A stretch of 64,000 nucleotides of DNA from a bacterium. Its GTDB lineage: Bacteria > Patescibacteriota > Patescibacteriia > S139-126. The stretch spans positions 19,873-83,872 of the forward strand of contig DAOUWZ010000003.1 in NCBI GenBank assembly GCA_030666865.1. Reading direction: 5' to 3'. Positions 59,180 through 64,000 of the stretch are shown in pieces. Both the position numbers and the translations under genes were made by a program. The notes beneath the pieces are model-generated. The model had not been told where the DNA came from. It saw only the letters and a list, made by a program, of their open reading frames with translations, and searched no databases. Position 1 is the first letter of the stretch; each line of letters begins with the position of its first letter.

Positions 59180-59661
59180 ATCTTTATCGAGTTTGAACTA
59201 CTTTTTTGAATCTTTATCCTTATTTTATATTTAGGTTTAAAAGCCTCTTTTTTTGATGGTTTTTGTCTTTTTATTTCTTGCTCTGCTAACTTTCTCATTT
59301 CATCTTCATTTTTTTGGAAAATATCTCTCATCCATTTAATCCAATCTTTTCCATTCTGGACTTCTTCTAATTTTTTTATGGAAGTTGATCCAAAAATAAA
59401 TTTTCTTTTATCAGTATCCTCCGTTGCTTGAAAAAACCAAGTGAGGTTTTGAATATCTTCCTCTTCGAACTTGTCAGTCATTTTATTTAGCTTTTCTAAC
59501 TCAAGACGAGTCCTTGTAAGTTTTATAAGTTTTTTTGTTTCGCCTTTTTCAATTTGAGTGGTTGGATTATTGGGATCTGTATATAAGTATAATAATCGTC
59601 TATCATGCAAAGTGCTTGCTAACCCCCTGCTTTGTTCAATCTGTTCTTTTGTAAATTCCAT
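59164..59661 (-). CDS. Hypothetical protein, probably a fragment
   Basis: Start codon lies inside the junction with the lexA fragment on the opposite strand. Confidence 0.5.
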   Translation of the reverse strand: MEFTKEQIEQSRGLASTLHDRRLLYLYTDPNNPTTQIEKGETKKLIKLTRTRLELEKLNKMTDKFEEEDIQNLTWFFQATEDTDKRKFIFGSTSIKKLEEVQNGKDWIKWMRDIFQKNEDEMRKLAEQEIKRQKPSKKEAFKPKYKIRIKIQKSSSNSIKICRTK

Positions 59662-59879
59662 TATTGGGAGTTATTACTGCCGGCCAGCCGATTGAAGCAA
59701 TAGAAATTCCAGAAACTGTTTCTGTCCCCAAAGAATTTGCTCGTGAGCCGGGCCAACACTACGGCCTTAAGGTTAAAGGTGACAGTATGGAAGATGACGG
59801 TATATTTGATGGCGATACTGTCGTAATTAAAAATCAGCCAGATGTAGAAAATGATGGCTATTATATTCAAAGTCTGTAG
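59655..59879 (+). pseudogene. lexA: LexA/S24 peptidase fragment, truncated at both ends
   Basis: IPLLGVITAGQPIEA (Ala-Gly cleavage site), LKVKGDSM (catalytic Ser); catalytic Lys region missing. Confidence 0.8.
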
Positions 59880-59888
59880 AAATAAATT

Positions 59889-59982
59889 TTGCTCCTAGTT
59901 GCTCCTAAAGATAAACATGGTGAATACTGGGTAAATCTGTCTTAAAATAAGCTATTTTTTGCTTTGCTCCTAGTTGCTCCTA
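59889..59982. repeat. Two copies of TTGCTCCTAGTTGCTCCTAA
   Basis: At 59889 and 59963; each is a tandem of a 10-nt unit. Confidence 0.8.
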
Positions 59983-59989
59983 ACAATAT

Positions 59990-61417
59990 CTAAAAATTTG
60001 GTTCATAATGTGTCGATCTTGACTCACCAACACTATGCAATAACCTCATATCCTGCATTTTTTTAAAATCGTAATTTATTGTCTTTCTAGATACATTTTT
60101 AAATAAATCCTCGCATTCTTTGGCTTTTATGGTTTTATTTTCAACTAAATATTCCCAAATTTTTACTTGTCTTTCATTTAGTTTGCTTAATTTTTTTCCC
60201 ATTAAAATAACCTTGAAACTATTTGAAGTATTTTTAAATATTGGTGGTAGTAAATTCCATTTTTGCATTTCATTAAAGACAATATCAATGCCTCGTCCGT
60301 ATTCTTCTAAATAATCAAGTTCTTTCAAGCGAGCCGCTATTATTTCATTTCGACTGACTTGAGCATCCTTAATGTTTTCTATCGTAACTCCAGGCGGCAG
60401 ACAACCAGCATTAAAAACTTCTATTCTGTCTTCAAATATATTTACCTGAGTGTAAGTTTCAGTGATTTTATAATCTCTATGAATAATGGCATTAGCTACC
60501 ACTTCTCTGATTGCCTTTTTGGGATACTCATATTTTTCAACTCTTTTTGTGCCAACTATTTCTGCGCTTTTCCTAATATTTCTTAAAACAAATTTATGCA
60601 TATCGTCAATTTGATTATCCAGAGTGCCATCAATATCCATGCTATCAATAATATCAGTGGCTACATTTGATCCCTGATATTTTACACACCTTATAACATA
60701 TCTACTAAACTGCTGTTTGTTTTGTGGTTTTTCTTTAGCAAAGGTTAAAAAACCAGCAAGAGTTGGCTTTTGTGCCCCGTTAAAATTATCTGCTATTCCT
60801 AAATTCTTTAATAGTTCAAAATCAATTTCATCCAGTGAACTTTTTCTCCGGGTTCTTTTCCCGCTTTTTGTTAAAAGCTCTAAAATTTTTTCTTTTGACA
60901 AATCATCAAGCGATGTTTCTTCTGCAGCAGTAATATCGAATTTAAATTTTTTAGAATTATCAATTAAATTTCTCATCTCATCATCAGTCATTTTTCTATC
61001 AGTATTACCATCTCTTATGTATGCGCCATTTGGTATACCTGCCGGCTTATAATAACAGGGTTTAAACTGATCGGGACATTCTGGTATGAAAACAGCTAAT
61101 ATCGTTTTTTCTTCAATTTCCAATATGTGATAAGTCGGTCTGATAATAAAGCTCATTTCGTTATTAACCAAATCACCAAGTTTTTCCTGTAGATTATCCA
61201 ACATGTCTGTCCCAGTTACTTCTATTTCATGCTTCTCTTTATCTTCTAGTATTCCGAATACGATAATCCCACCACCAGGTCTGTGCGAAAATGCAGATAT
61301 TGATTTCCATGTACTTTTTGGCAAGCCACCACGAGCATCCTTAAACTCAATGCTGTTTGTTTCTGTCTTGTGCCTGATTGCTTCTTCGATTAATTTTTGA
61401 ATTTCTTGTTTGTCCAT
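59990..61417 (-). CDS. Schlafen/AlbA_2 + HATPase_c_4 + winged-HTH protein
   Basis: ETNSIEFK, SAFSH..GGIIVFGI, YIRDG; REVVANAIIHRDY, SRNEIIA, EEYGRGI; C-terminal HTH. Confidence 0.88.
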   Translation of the reverse strand: MDKQEIQKLIEEAIRHKTETNSIEFKDARGGLPKSTWKSISAFSHRPGGGIIVFGILEDKEKHEIEVTGTDMLDNLQEKLGDLVNNEMSFIIRPTYHILEIEEKTILAVFIPECPDQFKPCYYKPAGIPNGAYIRDGNTDRKMTDDEMRNLIDNSKKFKFDITAAEETSLDDLSKEKILELLTKSGKRTRRKSSLDEIDFELLKNLGIADNFNGAQKPTLAGFLTFAKEKPQNKQQFSRYVIRCVKYQGSNVATDIIDSMDIDGTLDNQIDDMHKFVLRNIRKSAEIVGTKRVEKYEYPKKAIREVVANAIIHRDYKITETYTQVNIFEDRIEVFNAGCLPPGVTIENIKDAQVSRNEIIAARLKELDYLEEYGRGIDIVFNEMQKWNLLPPIFKNTSNSFKVILMGKKLSKLNERQVKIWEYLVENKTIKAKECEDLFKNVSRKTINYDFKKMQDMRLLHSVGESRSTHYEPNF

Positions 61418-61506
61418 ATTTGAGCTTACTTTTTACTTTTATTTTCGTAATATTTTTGGTATACTATAAATATAACATTTGCAAACGAAAATATCAAGAT
61501 AAACTT

Positions 61507-61743
61507 ATGAGAGACAAGCTACCATTAACAAAAAGACAAAAAGAAATCATGGATTTTATCAGTGTTTTTATTGGCAAAAATGGTTACGCGCCGACTATTA
61601 AGGAAATGCAAAAAAGATTTCGTTTATCTTCTACTTCAACAGTTCATCAACATATCCGAGCATTGGTCGATAAGGGTTATATAAAAAAATTTGCTAATTT
61701 AGCCAGAGCTATTGAATTAGTAAAAATAAATAAATTGAGTTAA
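61507..61743 (+). pseudogene. lexA: LexA N-terminal DNA-binding domain only
   Basis: LTKRQKEIMDFI...GYAPTIKEM...SSTSTVHQHIRAL..KGYI...ARAIEL then stop. Confidence 0.8.
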
Positions 61744-61964
61744 AACAAGCTGAAGGTGAAAAGTTAGAGACACTTAATGATAAGGAAAATAATATTGATA
61801 AAATGGAGATGTTGACTAGCTTACTAGGTAATCCCGTTAGAGCTTACAATAAGGCAAATCATAATAATAAGAGAAAACTCGTGAATAGTATCATGAAGGA
61901 TATTAAAATTATAGACAACAAAATATTTTTTAAATGGAAAATTTCATTTTTAAAGTTAGTTTAG
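61740..61964 (+). pseudogene. Probable C-terminal remnant of a large serine recombinase
   Basis: LKQAEGEK...AYNKANHNNKRKLVNSIMKDIKIIDNKIFFKWK; resembles the KR.LV..I...I.I tail of LSRs; no start codon. Confidence 0.45.
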
Positions 61965-62023
61965 GTTTTATAGAATTGGAAGTATATGAATTATCATTAG
62001 TAGTATTATAATCTATTACCTTA

Positions 62024-62365
62024 TTATACAAGCATTTTTTGTTGTATGGGTATTCTAAAATTTGTGATAATTAATTCTTTCCCATTTTGTCTTCTCGCTT
62101 CACTTAAAAAATAGGTCCAATTAAGTTCATAAATATTTGTCCATTTATACATATCTCTAATTTCTATTGAGTCCTCATAAGATAAAATAAAATTGAAATT
62201 AGTTTTTTGTAATATATGATTTAGATCATCATGATCTTTTATAGAAAATTCATTGTTATAGATTGATTTTGAAGCTTTGTAGTATGGTGGGTCTAAATAT
62301 AATAAAACTTTATTTTTGGATGGAGTTTTTATTATTTTTCTAAAATCTATGTGATTGAATAAAAT
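62024..62365 (-). pseudogene. Dam-family (D12-class) adenine methyltransferase, C-terminal remnant
   Basis: Minus strand IDFRKII...LYLDPPYY...FSIKDHDDL...ILSY...KELIITNF*; N-terminal half absent. Confidence 0.8.
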
Positions 62366-62471
62366 TAAAATAATAAGAAAACAGCTCAGATAGTTTTTTA
62401 TTAAAGAATCAAGTTGACTAATTAGTAAGAATGTAGGAAATTTAGGGTATAAGTATTAGTTTTAATATTAT

Positions 62472-62972
62472 ATGGAAAAAGAAAAGATACAAAAGCAAAA
62501 TGTAGGTAATGCGGGCGAGTATTATATTGCTGCTAGATTATCTGCTCTTAATTTTACTGCTACGATTACACTTGGTAGAGCTGAAAAATATGACATATTG
62601 GCATTAAGCCCAAGTGGCAGGCTAGTTAAGATATCCGTTAAGGCAACACAAAAGATAAACGCAACTGGTTTCCCATTGTCAGTTAAAGACGAAGCTGGAT
62701 CAGCAGAGGATTTCTATTATGCATTCGTTAAACTTAATGATTTTAAGACAGAACCAGATTTGTGGATTATTCCAAGCAAGGTACTTTGCCCGCTAATAAA
62801 AGAAGCTCACAAGAAATGGCAAAACACTCCTGGCAGAAACAATAGACCGCACGGAGAATCTAATGTCAGGTGGTTACCTATTGTATTAAAAGGTAAAGAC
62901 AAACTATACTATCCGGCAGGATGGGAGGATGAAATAACTAAGTATTATAAGAATTTGGAGCAGTTGTTATAA
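62472..62972 (+). CDS. PD-(D/E)XK-type endonuclease-like protein
   Basis: GNAGEYYIAARLS, YDILA, ISVKAT, FYYAFV, WIIPS. Confidence 0.7.
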   Translation: MEKEKIQKQNVGNAGEYYIAARLSALNFTATITLGRAEKYDILALSPSGRLVKISVKATQKINATGFPLSVKDEAGSAEDFYYAFVKLNDFKTEPDLWIIPSKVLCPLIKEAHKKWQNTPGRNNRPHGESNVRWLPIVLKGKDKLYYPAGWEDEITKYYKNLEQLL

Positions 62973-63226
62973 ATAAGAAAAATTACATTTTTTTTAAATA
63001 AATAATTGTTTTCCAACACAAAAACCGCCGATCAAGGCGGATTTTGTTTTTATATTGTCTCCAAAATGGAGTTATAAATCGTACTGGATGGGGTGGTAAA
63101 TCGATATGACTGGCAAACTCTGGTTAAGGATATATTAGTTAATAATTTATAGAAATTTTTATTATTTAAAGCGTTTGACTTAATTATTTTATTAAATTAA
63201 GATATAGGTGTTTTAAATATATAATT

Positions 63227-64000
63227 ATGGAGCTGAAATTTAATTTTTTAGAAGATAAGCCACTAGAAGGTGATAAGTTAATTAATGCAAAATTTGGACA
63301 TAAAGAAGTAGCTAACTCACTTACAAGTATAATAAAAAAGTGTAAGACTCCTTTTTCAATAGCTCTTTGTGGAAGTTGGGGTTCAGGTAAAAGTAGTATT
63401 AGCAACCTAGTTAGAAATAAATTAGAGAGTGACAAAACTATTGGAACTGTATATTTTGATGTGTGGAAATATGAAGGTGATGCATTGCGTCGCTCTTTTT
63501 TAATTGAGACAATAAATCAGTTAAAAGAACAAAAATTTATAGATAATAGTTTTTCATTAGCAGATCGTTTACAGAATAGTGTCACTAGAAAATCTGAGGG
63601 AGGGTTAAAATTTAATAAACAACTTTTTAAAGATTTCAAAGGACCATTAATTTTAATCATTATTTGTCTATTGATTATTTTAGCGACATTTTATTTGTTT
63701 GGTTACCTGTATGAGCTTTGGTTAGTTTTGGCACCTTTTATTGGGATTGTAGGTGGAGCATCTTTGGTGCCATGGATAATTAAACTAATATCGAGTGTAT
63801 TTTCAACTGAAACAGTTACATTTGGCAGTGATAGATTTCAAGACCCACATGAATTTGAAGATGAATTTGGTAATTTATTAAATGAATATTCTGGCACGAG
63901 GTTGTTGGTAATATTTGATAACTTAGATAGGGTAGAGCATGACAAGGCATTAAAAGTATTATCTACTATCAAAACTTTTTTAGAACCTAAAGATATTGAA
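63227..64000 (+). CDS. KAP-family P-loop NTPase with TM insert, runs off the window
   Basis: DKPL...FGH, IALCGSWGSGKSS, FDVWKYEGD..RRSFL, two TM, VIFDNLDR; absent from the ORF track because unterminated. Confidence 0.9.
   Translation, partial: MELKFNFLEDKPLEGDKLINAKFGHKEVANSLTSIIKKCKTPFSIALCGSWGSGKSSISNLVRNKLESDKTIGTVYFDVWKYEGDALRRSFLIETINQLKEQKFIDNSFSLADRLQNSVTRKSEGGLKFNKQLFKDFKGPLILIIICLLIILATFYLFGYLYELWLVLAPFIGIVGGASLVPWIIKLISSVFSTETVTFGSDRFQDPHEFEDEFGNLLNEYSGTRLLVIFDNLDRVEHDKALKVLSTIKTFLEPKDIE

Noticed and set aside
366-63435. Short antisense or overlapping ORFs in the track (e.g. 710-1030, 2070-2264, 19276-19557, 28002-28442, 63184-63435)
   Set aside because: They shadow well-supported genes or tRNAs and carry no motifs of their own
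1-64000. CRISPR array or cas genes
   Set aside because: No repeat-spacer series seen; the 55251 repeats are 11 bp with ~10-bp spacers, and the heptamer tracts lack unique spacers
1-64000. Alternative genetic code (UGA=Gly) as in Gracilibacteria/Absconditabacteria
   Set aside because: Conserved genes are uninterrupted, and TGA ends hup and amrS at the expected positions

Overview
AT-rich bacterial chromosomal window whose gene content and style (HU, pilT, ftsK-rodZ-recA, rpsF-ssb-rpsR-efp, ychF, ddl, murI, glyA, many membrane-anchored orphans, mostly no Shine-Dalgarno) suggest a Patescibacteria/CPR (Parcubacteria-like) genome using the standard code; the taxonomy is an inference. 1-27.9 kb is largely housekeeping, with tRNA-Arg(UCG) and tRNA-Lys(CUU). 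28-53.4 kb is an accessory stretch: surface proteins, glycerate kinase/2-hydroxyacid dehydrogenase, a two-component system, a GH100-like hydrolase and an AmmeMemoRadiSam locus. 53.4-64 kb is a decayed integration/defence hotspot: tRNA-His 3'-end remnants, HTH-HATPase + STAS-like pair, primase-helicase, Schlafen/AlbA_2 ATPase, permuted lexA fragments, recombinase and Dam remnants, PD-(D/E)XK nuclease and KAP NTPase. The top candidate for a new system is an Elp3 gene joined head-to-head with zero intergenic bases (CAT|ATG) to a Trm9/ALKBH8-like methyltransferase, a possible eukaryote/archaea-type mcm5U34 tRNA pathway in a bacterium. Also notable: gene insertions bracketed by duplicated 3' ends of core genes, an exonuclease-WYL fusion, a 162-bp MITE and several small palindromic repeat families. 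All family assignments come from motif recognition by eye; no searches were run.
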